A stretch of 64,000 nt of DNA, taken from Nitrospirota bacterium (GTDB taxonomy: Bacteria; Nitrospirota; Nitrospiria; Nitrospirales; UBA8639). Within the stretch, counting starts at the first letter, position 1, and each line of letters opens with the position of its first letter. Made by a program: the position numbers and the translations under genes. This document shows positions 8,926-19,299 of the stretch, piece after piece. The DNA is taken from assembly GCA_011088105.1 (NCBI GenBank), contig JAALKI010000001.1:30353-94352 (forward strand), written 5' to 3'. The notes under the pieces are model-generated. The model was not told where the DNA came from and did not search any database. It worked only from the letters and a program-made list of their open reading frames with translations.

Positions 8926-9927
8926 ATGGGTACGACATACTCCAGCCGAATTATTGGAACCGGATCATACTTGCCCTCGCGAGTAGTCGATAACGCGGAG
9001 TTGGCCTATCGATTCAACCGGACGGCGTCGGAAATGTTCCGCGTCACGGGGATTCATTCCCGTCGGTGGGCAACGCCCGACACTCCTTGCTCACAGTTAG
9101 CCGAGGAGGCCGCAACGCAAGCCATGGTCTCGGCGGGTCTGACCATGACAGACATTGATGCACTCATTGTCTCGACAACATCTCCTGATACGATTTTCCC
9201 ATCCACGGCCTGTCATCTTCAGCATCGATTGAATGCCAAGCGCGTGGCAGCTTTTGATGTCGCCGCTTCCTGTTCCGGTTTTTTATATGGCCTCTCTATG
9301 GCTGATGCTTTTATTCGATCTGGACAATTTCGTCGATGTCTTGTCGTCGCAGCCGAAATAAAATCTCGATACGTCACTACTGATCATGGAGACAGCGCCA
9401 TGCTCTTTGGGGATGGGGCTGGGGCCGTCGTGGTTGCGAGAGATCACCATCAAACAGGGCACCAAGAAGGCATTGTGAAGATCCGACTCCATGCGGATGG
9501 GTTCTATCAAAACTTGATTACCATTCCAGCTGGTGGCTCACGAACCCCTCTTAGCCAGCATTCAATACAAAACCAACAACACACCATTCAGTTGCAAGGC
9601 GGAGCCCTGTTTCGTGTAGCAGTCAAACGTCTGAGTGCTAGCATCCAGGAACTTCTGCAAGAGTCTCATCTCCAAATAAAAGACATTAAGCAGGTGATTA
9701 CGCATCAAGCCAATGGCCGGATGTTGGCTGCTATCGCCAAACGATTAGGCCTTCCTCCAGAGCATATGGTCTCTGTCATTGAACAGTATGGCAATACCTC
9801 GTCTGCGTCTCTTCCGATTGCGCTTGACCATGCCTATCGTCAAGAGGCATTTGGCCCAGGGGATCTCATAGTGCTTGGGACGTTTGGCGGTGGTTTGACA
9901 TGGGGAACTGCGCTCATCCGTTGGTAA
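8926..9927 (+). CDS. fabH: 3-oxoacyl-ACP synthase III
   Basis: Starts MGTTYSSRIIGTGSYLP. The Cys-His-Asn triad contexts are present (AASCSGFLYGL, THQANGRM, GNTSSASLP). The ATG at 8926 is preferred over the track start. Confidence 0.9.
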   Translation: MGTTYSSRIIGTGSYLPSRVVDNAELAYRFNRTASEMFRVTGIHSRRWATPDTPCSQLAEEAATQAMVSAGLTMTDIDALIVSTTSPDTIFPSTACHLQHRLNAKRVAAFDVAASCSGFLYGLSMADAFIRSGQFRRCLVVAAEIKSRYVTTDHGDSAMLFGDGAGAVVVARDHHQTGHQEGIVKIRLHADGFYQNLITIPAGGSRTPLSQHSIQNQQHTIQLQGGALFRVAVKRLSASIQELLQESHLQIKDIKQVITHQANGRMLAAIAKRLGLPPEHMVSVIEQYGNTSSASLPIALDHAYRQEAFGPGDLIVLGTFGGGLTWGTALIRW

Positions 9928-10200
9928 CCCTACCCCACACCGCTTCAGAAACTGGGCAAAAGAGTTGCGAAACGGAATGAAAGAGGCCTCTGAAGACCTT
10001 ATGCCTTACGAGGAATGAGAAGGCCGCTAGCAGATTTTTAACAGGCCTCGAAGAAAGTTTTGGTTGACGAAAGAGAAGAGCATCCTCTATCGTCGGAGCC
10101 TTGGCAACAAGACATTTTTCGATTTTGTCATATGCCCACATGCTTGCGTGGACTCTTGTCATCCAACTACTGTTCCTAGGTTAAGGGAAAGGAGACGTTT

Positions 10201-11136
10201 GTGAAAATATATCTTGGCAATCCACGAGGGTTTTGTGCCGGGGTAGACAGGGCTATTGAAATTGTCCAACTGTCCTTAAAAACATATGGCGCTCCAATTT
10301 ATGTCCGCCATGAAATTGTCCATAGTCGACATGTAGTCAATTCCTTACGAGAACGAGGTGCGGTGTTTGTCGAAGAGCTCGATGAAGTACCTGATGGGTC
10401 CCTCGTGATATTCAGCGCCCACGGCGTTGCTAAAGAAGTATGGGAAGAAGCCAAACGTCGCAACCTCAAAATCATTGACGCCACCTGCCCACTGGTGATT
10501 AAGGTCCATAACGAAGTCAATCGGGACTATACCAATGAATATGAATTAATCCTGATTGGACATGCGGGACATCCAGAGGTCGTGGGAACCTTAGGGCAAA
10601 TTCCGGACAAATTTCACTTAGTCTCTTCCGTAGAAGATGTCGAACGACTGCAGGTAGAACGACCAGACCATTTATCGTACGTCACCCAAACCACACTCAG
10701 TGTTGATGAATGCCGAGATATTGTCGAAGCCCTCAATCAGCGCTTTCCAGGGATTAAAGGCCCTCATCAGGAAGACATTTGCTACGCGACGCAAAACCGA
10801 CAAAACGCCGTCAAAGAATTGGCAAAATCGGTTGATGTCATGCTGGTCATTGGGTCTCCCAATAGTTCAAACTCTAATCGTCTCCGAGAACTGGCCGAAC
10901 GATGCAAAATCCCGTCTTATCTCATCGATTCCTATAAAGATATTTGTCCGGAATGGATCGAGAACATCAATGCTGTCGGGATTACCGCTGGCGCCTCAGC
11001 ACCAGAAGTCTTAGTGACAGAAGTCGTCAGATTTTTGAAAGATTTTGGCGCAGACGATGTTGAGGAATTAACCGTCACCGAAGAAGATGTTGAGTTTCTC
11101 CTACCTCGGGAATTGTTGATGCCTCAACGTAAATAA
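10201..11136 (+). CDS. ispH: 4-hydroxy-3-methylbut-2-enyl diphosphate reductase
   Basis: Contains [19 protein letters not shown] and [10 protein letters not shown] motifs. GTG start with SD AAGGAG 6 nt upstream. Confidence 0.95.
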   Translation: MKIYLGNPRGFCAGVDRAIEIVQLSLKTYGAPIYVRHEIVHSRHVVNSLRERGAVFVEELDEVPDGSLVIFSAHGVAKEVWEEAKRRNLKIIDATCPLVIKVHNEVNRDYTNEYELILIGHAGHPEVVGTLGQIPDKFHLVSSVEDVERLQVERPDHLSYVTQTTLSVDECRDIVEALNQRFPGIKGPHQEDICYATQNRQNAVKELAKSVDVMLVIGSPNSSNSNRLRELAERCKIPSYLIDSYKDICPEWIENINAVGITAGASAPEVLVTEVVRFLKDFGADDVEELTVTEEDVEFLLPRELLMPQRK

Positions 11137-11453
11137 AGGCTACCCTGCTTCCACTCATCGCCTTGGCTCTCATGGTTACCCTAGGGTGCTTGCCCTGAGC
11201 CATTTGAGGTTTTCCTTAGGTCAACCCTGTTACAACCTACACCCTCATAGGTTTCATTCCTAGTTCACCATGTATTCAAGTAAAGAAGGGAGTTCTGAAG
11301 CCTGTATAGAGGCCATGGAACATACTCCGAAAATTTCTCTTACCACAATTTGTTGATGGTCTTTCAATTTTAGACCACTGTATGTAGTATATACAAAACA
11401 TTTCATGAACAGTTAGCAGGCAAGGGCGCATTCTCATCACATATAGGTGAATC

Positions 11454-14400
11454 ATGTATCTTCAATCATTGCGTATGACCGGCTTTAAATCGTTCCCTGA
11501 TGCCATACTTGAATTCCCTAAAGGCATTACCGCCGTTGTCGGGCCGAATGGTTCAGGGAAGAGTAATGTCGTGGACGCGCTGTTATGGGTATTAGGCGAA
11601 CAAAGTACAAAAACCTTGCGAAGTGAGCGCATGGAAGATGTGATTTACAATGGCACTGAAACACAAAAGCCGCTTGGGATGGCTGAAGTCTCACTGGTGG
11701 TCGCCGATGTATCCAGGCAAGAATTGGAAGCGGTGTCGGGCTTAGACGACGAGATTCCTCATTCTAGTGAACTTATGATCACCCGACGGCTCTACCGTGA
11801 TGGAGTGAGTGAATATTTTATCAATAAGATTCCTTGTCGACTCAAGGATATTCGTGGTGTGTTTTTAGAAGCCCGCGCAGGCACCAAAGGCCATACGGTG
11901 ATTGAGCAAGGCAATCTTGCCCAAATTCTATCGGCAACTCCTCAAGAACGACGAGGATTCATTGAAGAAACCGCTGGGATTGGACGATACAAAAAACAAA
12001 AGTCCGAAGCCTTAAACAAACTACGTTCGACTGAACAGAATCTGCTACGTGTCCGGGACATTATTGGTGAAGTGCAACGACAACTTCGATCCTTAGAACG
12101 GCAAGTCCGCCAAGCGGAACAATACCAAGCCTTGCGGCAAGAAGCACGGTCCTTAGAAATCGAGCTATTGACTAATGATTATCAGCTGCTGCTGACCAAT
12201 CACACACAGGCCACTCAAGAACAAAATTCCTGTGAAGAACAAGAAGCCAAGCATATGACTGAAGAAGCCGCCCTGATGGTACGACACGAAGAAGCCAAAG
12301 CGTCATTATCAGAAGAAGGCACCGTGATGAATCGCTTACAAGAAGATCTGCGTCTCATCGAGCAACACATCGGACAAGCCCTCACGAGCACAGAAGTTCG
12401 TCGAAACCAATTACTCATGTTTCAGAACCAACGCCATCATACCCACGAGGAACAATCTCTCCTACGAAAAGCTTCAGTAGATGCAATCCAATCTCTTGCA
12501 AATTTCCAGAACCGCTTATCAGCCATTGACGAGGAAATCACGCAACATACTGAGACTCTCGCGGAGGTCGAAACACAAGAACATGAGCTGTCGGCCAAAC
12601 GGGCCGCCACCCACGAGCAACTGGAACACGTCCGACACCAAACACTCGCAGGTGCCATTGATAAGACAAATGCCGAGAACCAGCTCAGGAACATCCTTGA
12701 CCAACGAGAGATACTCACGAACCGATTAATCGAATTACAGGAAGCCCAACAGGATTACGAGTACCAACAGACACAGACCGAGACACAAGTCACTGTTCAT
12801 CAGGAAAATCGTCAACATATCTCAACAACTCTGGAACATCATCGCCAGTCGCAAAAAGACGTGCAAGAAGAGATTCATTTCCTCCAAACTAGCCTTGAGG
12901 AAATGGATAAACACCTCATGGACCAACAAACCGACCAAGCCGCAGCTATGTCCAGGCAACGGGCGCTTCAAATGGTCTTACAAGAAGAATTTGGGTATGG
13001 ACGAGATGGAGAAGACACCGTTCCAGCCCTCCGTGCTGAATGCCAAGGTATTGTCGAAGCTATTGCCGAACGACTGGAAGTGCCACAAGCCCTTGAAGTC
13101 GCTATTGAAGCCGTCCTTGGAGACTACATACATGCCTGGGTTGTCGAAGAGATTGCTGACGGCAAACAGGCCATTGCCTTTCTGAAGGAACAAGCCCTTG
13201 GACATGGAACATTTGTACCCATCCATTGCGTGGCTGTCACGCGCGGGGGAGACCCCCCTGCCTGGTGGTCCACATGCCAAGGAGAAGATGGTGTATTAGG
13301 AAGGGCATTGGATCTCGTGCGATTTCCTGATGCCCTCAGGCCAGCCTTGTCATGCTTTTTGGATTCTGTCGTCGTCGTACAAACCTTTGAAAACGCGCTC
13401 AGGCTTGTAAACAAGATTGACCGGATGGATGCCGTGACATTCGTCACCGTTGAAGGAGAAATTTTAAAAAGCTCGGGAATCGTAAGTGGCGGATCCCAAA
13501 GTAATACCGTTGGCTTGCTCCAGCGACGACGAGAAATTCGAACCTTAGACATACAGATCGAAACCACAAAACAGACATTGGGAAAAACTCGGCAACAACG
13601 TGATACTCAATGCCAGAACCTCCTTGCCGCCAAGAATCGTCTTGCCAAACTGGATCAATCAATCAAGGAAGCCGAGATGCAATGGCTCGTTGTCGACAAA
13701 GAAACGAGCCAACTGGAAGAGACGTTAGAAGAAATCAAAGGGCATTATCACACGACGGTATCTGAGCTCACCGCAAGTCTCGACACACACACGCAGCTTG
13801 AGACGGCAATTAGCAATGCCGAAGAACAACTCACGACCTTAGAACAGGAACGATTCGCTCGCGAGGAAGAACTCAATCAACTCACTCTCGCCCTTCAAGA
13901 CATTGAATCGCACTATATCTCTTTACAGAACTCAGTGAACAATGCCCGATTGCTCCTCGCGACAACTCATGAACGACGGGAACATCTCCAACACAATCTC
14001 ACCCGACTGACAGGCGAAGAACAAGAACGACAAGGACGATTACGCCGTTTTGAGGTAACGCTCACCGAATTGGCCTCTCAGATCGACACCAATCAACAGG
14101 AACAGACACAAACCGAAGCAGCCCTTCAGATACATACCCAGAAAAGAGACAACGTCCACGAGGAATTGCATACGGCTGAAGAACGGCATGCACAGTGGCT
14201 TCAGTCCACCACGGAATTCGAGCAGGCCTTAGCCGAAATTCGAAAAGCTTTTTCTGCAATTCGTGAGCAACGAGGGCACATAGAAATTCGTCTGGCAGAA
14301 GTCCGGACTCGGATTCATACCGTTGAAGATACTCTCACAGAAACCTACGAATTGAACGTGGAAGACCTGGCGACTCAACTCCCAACCTCTGAAGCACAGA

Positions 14401-15095
14401 CAGCGGATGAACAGCCAGAAGATGAGAGACGCCATCGTCTTCAAGACATTCGACAACGCCTTGAGCGGATGGGAGCTATCAATTTAGTGGCCATTGAAGA
14501 ACACCAAGAGCTTCAAGCACGCTGTACCTTTCTCTCCAAACAAGAAGAAGACCTGTCAGAATCTATCCGATCATTACAAGAAATTATCGAGCGTCTGAAT
14601 CGAAGCACCAATCAAATGTTCGAAGACACCTTTCACGCATTACAAGAAAAATTCAATGAGGTGTTTTCAGCCCTGTTTGCCGGAGGAAAAGCTGAACTCG
14701 TCTTGGTGCACCCTGACGGTCATGAGAATGAAGACTGGGAAGGAGAACCCGGAGTCGATATTGTGGCACAACCACCTGGCAAGCGATTAAAAAACCTTTC
14801 GATGTTATCCGGCGGGGAAAAAACGTTGACGGTTTTAGCATTGATGTTTGCCAGTTTCCTCATTAAGCCCTCCCCATTTTGTATTCTGGACGAGGTGGAT
14901 GCACCGTTGGATGAACTCAATGTGATTCGGTTTGCCAGATTCCTTAGCCAACTGGCAGACCAATCCCAGTTTATTGTGATTACACATAATAAACGAACAA
15001 TGGAAGTGGCTGACTCCCTGTTTGGGGTTACCATGGAAGAACCAGGTATCTCAAAATTTATTTCTGTCCAGCTCTTAGACTTAGAAAAAGTCTAG
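11454..15095 (+). CDS. smc: chromosome segregation protein SMC
   Basis: 1213 aa. It has an N-terminal Walker A (GPNGSGKSN), long coiled coils, a central hinge, and the C-terminal LSGGEKTL signature plus Walker B (FCILDEVDAPLD). Confidence 0.95.
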   Translation: MYLQSLRMTGFKSFPDAILEFPKGITAVVGPNGSGKSNVVDALLWVLGEQSTKTLRSERMEDVIYNGTETQKPLGMAEVSLVVADVSRQELEAVSGLDDEIPHSSELMITRRLYRDGVSEYFINKIPCRLKDIRGVFLEARAGTKGHTVIEQGNLAQILSATPQERRGFIEETAGIGRYKKQKSEALNKLRSTEQNLLRVRDIIGEVQRQLRSLERQVRQAEQYQALRQEARSLEIELLTNDYQLLLTNHTQATQEQNSCEEQEAKHMTEEAALMVRHEEAKASLSEEGTVMNRLQEDLRLIEQHIGQALTSTEVRRNQLLMFQNQRHHTHEEQSLLRKASVDAIQSLANFQNRLSAIDEEITQHTETLAEVETQEHELSAKRAATHEQLEHVRHQTLAGAIDKTNAENQLRNILDQREILTNRLIELQEAQQDYEYQQTQTETQVTVHQENRQHISTTLEHHRQSQKDVQEEIHFLQTSLEEMDKHLMDQQTDQAAAMSRQRALQMVLQEEFGYGRDGEDTVPALRAECQGIVEAIAERLEVPQALEVAIEAVLGDYIHAWVVEEIADGKQAIAFLKEQALGHGTFVPIHCVAVTRGGDPPAWWSTCQGEDGVLGRALDLVRFPDALRPALSCFLDSVVVVQTFENALRLVNKIDRMDAVTFVTVEGEILKSSGIVSGGSQSNTVGLLQRRREIRTLDIQIETTKQTLGKTRQQRDTQCQNLLAAKNRLAKLDQSIKEAEMQWLVVDKETSQLEETLEEIKGHYHTTVSELTASLDTHTQLETAISNAEEQLTTLEQERFAREEELNQLTLALQDIESHYISLQNSVNNARLLLATTHERREHLQHNLTRLTGEEQERQGRLRRFEVTLTELASQIDTNQQEQTQTEAALQIHTQKRDNVHEELHTAEERHAQWLQSTTEFEQALAEIRKAFSAIREQRGHIEIRLAEVRTRIHTVEDTLTETYELNVEDLATQLPTSEAQTADEQPEDERRHRLQDIRQRLERMGAINLVAIEEHQELQARCTFLSKQEEDLSESIRSLQEIIERLNRSTNQMFEDTFHALQEKFNEVFSALFAGGKAELVLVHPDGHENEDWEGEPGVDIVAQPPGKRLKNLSMLSGGEKTLTVLALMFASFLIKPSPFCILDEVDAPLDELNVIRFARFLSQLADQSQFIVITHNKRTMEVADSLFGVTMEEPGISKFISVQLLDLEKV

Positions 15096-15200
15096 AACGT
15101 ACAGACCGCGTGGCTTCCCCTCGTTACTCTTACGCTTATAACCTTCTAGCCAGTTTCCCCCTATTACAACTCTCTATACTCTAAAATTCTAAACAAATTC

Positions 15201-15238
15201 GTGCATTTTCGCTCACATGGCGCTGTGCGTTTTTGATC
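15201..15238 (+). promoter_or_regulatory. two imperfect GTGC-N6-GCAC-like half-palindromes (possible enhancer/UAS)
   Basis: The sites are gtgcattttcgctc (15201-15214) and gtgcgtttttgatc (15225-15238), 24 nt apart and about 95-130 nt upstream of the sigma-54 element. The arrangement resembles the better sites upstream of the SulP gene. Confidence 0.25.
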
Positions 15239-15332
15239 GGCTTTCCGCAAGCTCTCTCTAGTCCACTTTTCTTTTTTATCATAAGTCTCTGTTTTTAAAA
15301 TGAATTTCTTGGTTTTCCGTAGATTCACATTT

Positions 15333-15348
15333 TGGCCTGAAATTTGCT
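15333..15348 (+). promoter_or_regulatory. sigma-54 (-24/-12) promoter
   Basis: TGGCCTGAAATTTGCT versus consensus TGGCACG-N4-TTGCW. The GG and GC are correctly spaced. It lies 53 nt upstream of the ATG at 15401. Confidence 0.5.
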
Positions 15349-15400
15349 TTTTAGTGTAAGCAGGACACAATGTTGAACCTACCCTTAAGGAGACGACATC

Positions 15401-15580
15401 ATGGCTGGATTTAACATCTTATTTCGAAACCTTCATGGAGAGCAGGAAAAGGCAGAGTCTTCACAAAAGACCATCCAGCAAGATTCGGTAAAACGCCATG
15501 ACAACTCCTCACAATCTAGCTCATCAGCAAGCAAAGCTTCTTTCAACCCGATTCGTGGGTTGATCGCAAAGATTTTTTGA
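15401..15580 (+). CDS. small hydrophilic protein (59 aa), hypothetical
   Basis: Below the track size cutoff. SD AAGGAG (15387-15392) lies 8 nt before the ATG. Translation: MAGFNILFRNLHGEQEKAESSQKTIQQDSVKRHDNSSQSSSSASKASFNPIRGLIAKIF. Confidence 0.45.
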   Translation: MAGFNILFRNLHGEQEKAESSQKTIQQDSVKRHDNSSQSSSSASKASFNPIRGLIAKIF

Positions 15581-15720
15581 TTAAGGTTTCTTCTCTTTCG
15601 CAAGTTCTCTTCCCTTTCCATTCACCGGCGTCCTGGCCGGCTGTTCATCTCATAATTTTTTACAATCCTCAAAGAACACCTCAACCATCGCTTCTGAGAC
15701 CGTTCACAGCTCCCTATTGT

Positions 15721-16104
15721 TTACGCAGAGCATTGAAAGGTTTTTTCAAGATCACTCTCTAAGGTGAGCACGATGACCCGTTCACCAATACGAGTGTCAA
15801 TGTCCGTAAAGAGCCCGGTGATGCCCATTCCGGTGATGTCGGTTATTTGACTACGAAGCTTTTCTCCACCTTGAGAAATTAAATTTTGACGCATGCGCTT
15901 CACCATTTCTACCTCTTCAGCACTCTTAGCCAGTTGCCGCTCAGCAGGAGTCAGCACACCCTTAAGCCGTACTAATACGAGATCGCGGATCACAAAAGCC
16001 TTGACATCCATAGGGCCTCGCCCCATAAACTCTTGTTCAAACTTAATCACGGTATTGCGAATAGCTGTTTCGACTTCGCCCTTGGTTTTTTCGTTTTTTG
16101 TCAT
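15721..16104 (-). CDS. DUF2294-family protein
   Basis: From the ATG at 16104: MTKNEKTKGEVETAIRNTVIKFEQEFMGRGPMDVKAFVIRDLVLVRLKGVLTPAERQLAK ... TDIDTRIGERVIVLTLE. This fits my memory of the DUF2294 family pattern. Confidence 0.7.
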   Translation of the reverse strand: MTKNEKTKGEVETAIRNTVIKFEQEFMGRGPMDVKAFVIRDLVLVRLKGVLTPAERQLAKSAEEVEMVKRMRQNLISQGGEKLRSQITDITGMGITGLFTDIDTRIGERVIVLTLESDLEKTFQCSA

Positions 16105-16246
16105 TGTTTGATGTCCTATAAGGTGAATTAGGACCATGACATGATACAAAAGAAAGGTGACAGCGCAAGACATCTTAGGTGGTCATTATTCGATTTATCA
16201 ATGCAATGATTATAATTGGTTCAAAATCGACTGAGTGAAAAAATAG

Positions 16247-19200
16247 ATGACGTTAATAACATCTCCTCCAGCAAGCCACGAACTTTCTTCGGCAGAACGA
16301 GAGCAACTGCGTCAGAAAATTTCCGAGGCCAGTGAACCCATTGCGCCCTTTTGGCCTATGAGAACGATGGTGGCGCAGAATCCTATTCATGAGTTGGAAT
16401 ATCTGCCCTTTGACCAGGCTGTTCGTAAAGGCAAACAGCTTCTTGGTGGAAATGGCTATCTTGCGAATGAAGAGTATCGTCAATTTTATCGAGATGGCCG
16501 CATTACTCCGGAAAGTCTTAAGCGAGCCTTTCAGAGGATTGGACCTCAACAAGAGAGTCAACCCACCATCAAAGTAGGAAATCACCAAATTACAGCCCTA
16601 GATGTCTGGCACTTGCACCTGTTGGTTGGGTTTGAAGAGCTCCAAACACCTTTGCTTGAGTGGGAGTTAAGTGATGTTGGATCAACGAAGCGGTTTCATC
16701 AGCATCTCTCGGAAGAATCCCAAAAACGAATCATTGAACGCACGATTCAAGAGTGCGAACATTGCCGTGAATATCCTGAAAAGGCCTATCTCGCGAACCT
16801 GTGGAAGAGCTTCCTCGAGGTTTTAAGGTTATCTGGCTCTCATTCTTCTTCGGCACCAACACTTGAACACTCCTATTCACAAATATCTGAGCCCATTTCC
16901 TTGCCAGCACAACGGACCATCAGCGATTGGGTAGATTGCTTGGCTGGAAGTGAGTTAGTCGACCAGGTCAATAATCAACTCATTAAATGGGTAGCCGCCT
17001 TTCTTGATGAAGGCTTAGCTGAATGGGAAATGCCTCAACGAAATGAAGGCTTTTACCAAGCATGGAGAAAACTGGCGCAGCAAGACTTTTCAGGTCAGCT
17101 CCTCGGCATCAAGAACTTTGCTCAGAGAGTTCGTACCCTTCCTGAAGATCCAGAAGACGCAATCGGCTTCAGCTTACTCCAACTCGGCGTCCTCCAAGAA
17201 CAATGGGAGAATTACCTTTCTCGGCAGCTATCACTATTACCAGGCTGGACAAGATACATTCGGTGGCTTGGAGAGCATCCTGCGTACCACGCTCAACACA
17301 GGCATCCCATTGACATCACCCAATATCTTGCCGTCCGTCTCTTCTATGAAGTGGAGTTAACCCAAGTCATATGCCAGCAAGAATGGGAAGTTGACGGAAC
17401 GGTTTCTGCGTTGGGTGCTTACTGGATCGACCGTCCCGAAGAATATCACAATCGAATAAGGAATCAGGCCCATTCAGCAAATCCTACCAAACAAGCCATA
17501 TGCCGCAACGCTTGGCGATTATTCCATTTGGCCCAATTTCTTGAATTGTCTCCAACAGAAGTTCATGACCTATCACATGCTGATGCCCAGACATTGTTGC
17601 ATTGGCTAGATGATTTTCCTTCTGACCAGCATAGTCCAGTATGGCTTGAGGCGTATGAAGATACGTTTCGAGAAAAGATACTAAGAAAAATCTCAGCGCA
17701 TCGCGGAACAGTGCCTGCCCTGGATTCACGTCCCCATGCACAACTTGTATTTTGTATTGACGTACGTTCCGAATCATTTCGCCGCCATATTGAAGCCCAA
17801 GGCCCTTATGAAACATTTGGGTTTGCCGGGTTTTTTGGGATTCCTATCAGTCATCAAGCATTTGATAGCCAAGAACGATCTTTCTTATGCCCGGTGTTAC
17901 TGACTCCTAACCACGCAGTAACAGAAACACCTCGATCTGGAGAAGGAAAAGCGTTAGAGAAATATTCATCGGTTACCCGTTGGCACCAACTAGGGCATCA
18001 TCTTTTTCACGACCTGAAGCACCATCCCATTGGATCGATGATGGTCATTGATGTGTTGGGTTTCTTTTTTAGTCTAGGGTTAGTGGGCAAAACCTTGTTC
18101 CAAAAAACATTTCGTGCAATGACTGCTATTATCCAGCGTTGGTTTACGCACAGAGTTCCAACCCAGATCTCAATTTCCACCCCATCTGACCCTCACAATC
18201 CCATGATCGGAGAGGTGAATACTGAAGGGATTCCTGAAGGGCTTTCGCAGGGCTTTTCTCTGACGGAACGGGCGACCTTTATCGAAAATGGATTGCGTGC
18301 CATGGGCCTCACCAACAATTACGCCCGATTAGTCTGTCTCTGCGGCCATGGCAGCGAGACCGACAACAATCCCTATTATGGTGCGCTGGATTGTGGGGCA
18401 TGTGGAGGAGCACCAGGGGACGCGAATGCCCGAGTCTTTGCCGCTATGGCGAACGACCCTGAAGTTCGTTGGATCCTCAAAGACAAAGGATTACCAATTC
18501 CAGACGATACGTGGTTCCTTCCAGGAAAACATAACACGACGACTGATCGGGTCGAGTTTTATGATTTAGAAGAACTGCCGGAAACGCATAAAGACGATTT
18601 GCGTGTGTTAAACAAAGATCTCGAAGACGCTGGTGCAAATCAGGCTCTCGAGCGGTGTCATCGCATCCCCAGTGCGCCAACTGGGATTTCGCCAGAACAG
18701 GCCTTTGCTCATGTAGACGAGCGCAGTTGCGATTGGGCCAATCCTCGACCAGAATGGGGCTTGGCTGGTAATGGCGCATTTCTCATTGGAAGACGGAAAC
18801 TCACCAAAGGATTGGATTTAGATGGTCGTGTCTTTTTGCATTCCTATGACCCTATCGCTGATCCCGATGGTGCTATCCTTGAAAAAATTATGACGGCACC
18901 ATTAATTGTTGGCGAGTGGATTAACACCGGGTATTATTTCTCCGCGGTTGATCCGTGGGCGTATGGCAGTGGGAGTAAGGTACTGCATAATGTGGTGGGT
19001 GGTGTCGGAATGATGTTGGGAAGCCAAAGCGATTTACAAATGGGCTTTCCTCTTCAAACAGTGAATAACGGGAACATTCACTATCACGAACCCATGCGGC
19101 TTCTAGCCATCATTGAACAAGTGCCGAACGTGATCTCGTCCATCATACAAAAGCATGCGATTCTTCAACAGTTGTTGCATAACCAATGGCTCAATCTTGT

Positions 19201-19273
19201 TGCCTTGACTCCTCACACGTTCGAGTTTCATCGATATAATCCCGATGCCACCTGGGAGCTCATTTCGGTTTAG
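16247..19273 (+). CDS. dabA: DabA-like DUF2309 protein (CO2-hydrating subunit of DAB/MpsAB-type systems), orphan copy
   Basis: 1008 aa. It carries the family hallmarks FWPMRTMVAQNPIH, FCIDVRSESFRRH, ETFGFAGFFG and CGHGSETDNNPYYGALDCGACGG. A TATAAT hexamer lies at 16211-16216. Confidence 0.85.
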   Translation: MTLITSPPASHELSSAEREQLRQKISEASEPIAPFWPMRTMVAQNPIHELEYLPFDQAVRKGKQLLGGNGYLANEEYRQFYRDGRITPESLKRAFQRIGPQQESQPTIKVGNHQITALDVWHLHLLVGFEELQTPLLEWELSDVGSTKRFHQHLSEESQKRIIERTIQECEHCREYPEKAYLANLWKSFLEVLRLSGSHSSSAPTLEHSYSQISEPISLPAQRTISDWVDCLAGSELVDQVNNQLIKWVAAFLDEGLAEWEMPQRNEGFYQAWRKLAQQDFSGQLLGIKNFAQRVRTLPEDPEDAIGFSLLQLGVLQEQWENYLSRQLSLLPGWTRYIRWLGEHPAYHAQHRHPIDITQYLAVRLFYEVELTQVICQQEWEVDGTVSALGAYWIDRPEEYHNRIRNQAHSANPTKQAICRNAWRLFHLAQFLELSPTEVHDLSHADAQTLLHWLDDFPSDQHSPVWLEAYEDTFREKILRKISAHRGTVPALDSRPHAQLVFCIDVRSESFRRHIEAQGPYETFGFAGFFGIPISHQAFDSQERSFLCPVLLTPNHAVTETPRSGEGKALEKYSSVTRWHQLGHHLFHDLKHHPIGSMMVIDVLGFFFSLGLVGKTLFQKTFRAMTAIIQRWFTHRVPTQISISTPSDPHNPMIGEVNTEGIPEGLSQGFSLTERATFIENGLRAMGLTNNYARLVCLCGHGSETDNNPYYGALDCGACGGAPGDANARVFAAMANDPEVRWILKDKGLPIPDDTWFLPGKHNTTTDRVEFYDLEELPETHKDDLRVLNKDLEDAGANQALERCHRIPSAPTGISPEQAFAHVDERSCDWANPRPEWGLAGNGAFLIGRRKLTKGLDLDGRVFLHSYDPIADPDGAILEKIMTAPLIVGEWINTGYYFSAVDPWAYGSGSKVLHNVVGGVGMMLGSQSDLQMGFPLQTVNNGNIHYHEPMRLLAIIEQVPNVISSIIQKHAILQQLLHNQWLNLVALTPHTFEFHRYNPDATWELISV

Positions 19274-19299
19274 CTCGTCTCGAAACTGTTCTTGAATCA

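Noticed and set aside
9914-10162. 82-aa minus-strand ORF between fabH and ispH
   Set aside because: It overlaps the fabH 3' end and has no SD or motif. The composition looks like non-coding sequence read in frame.
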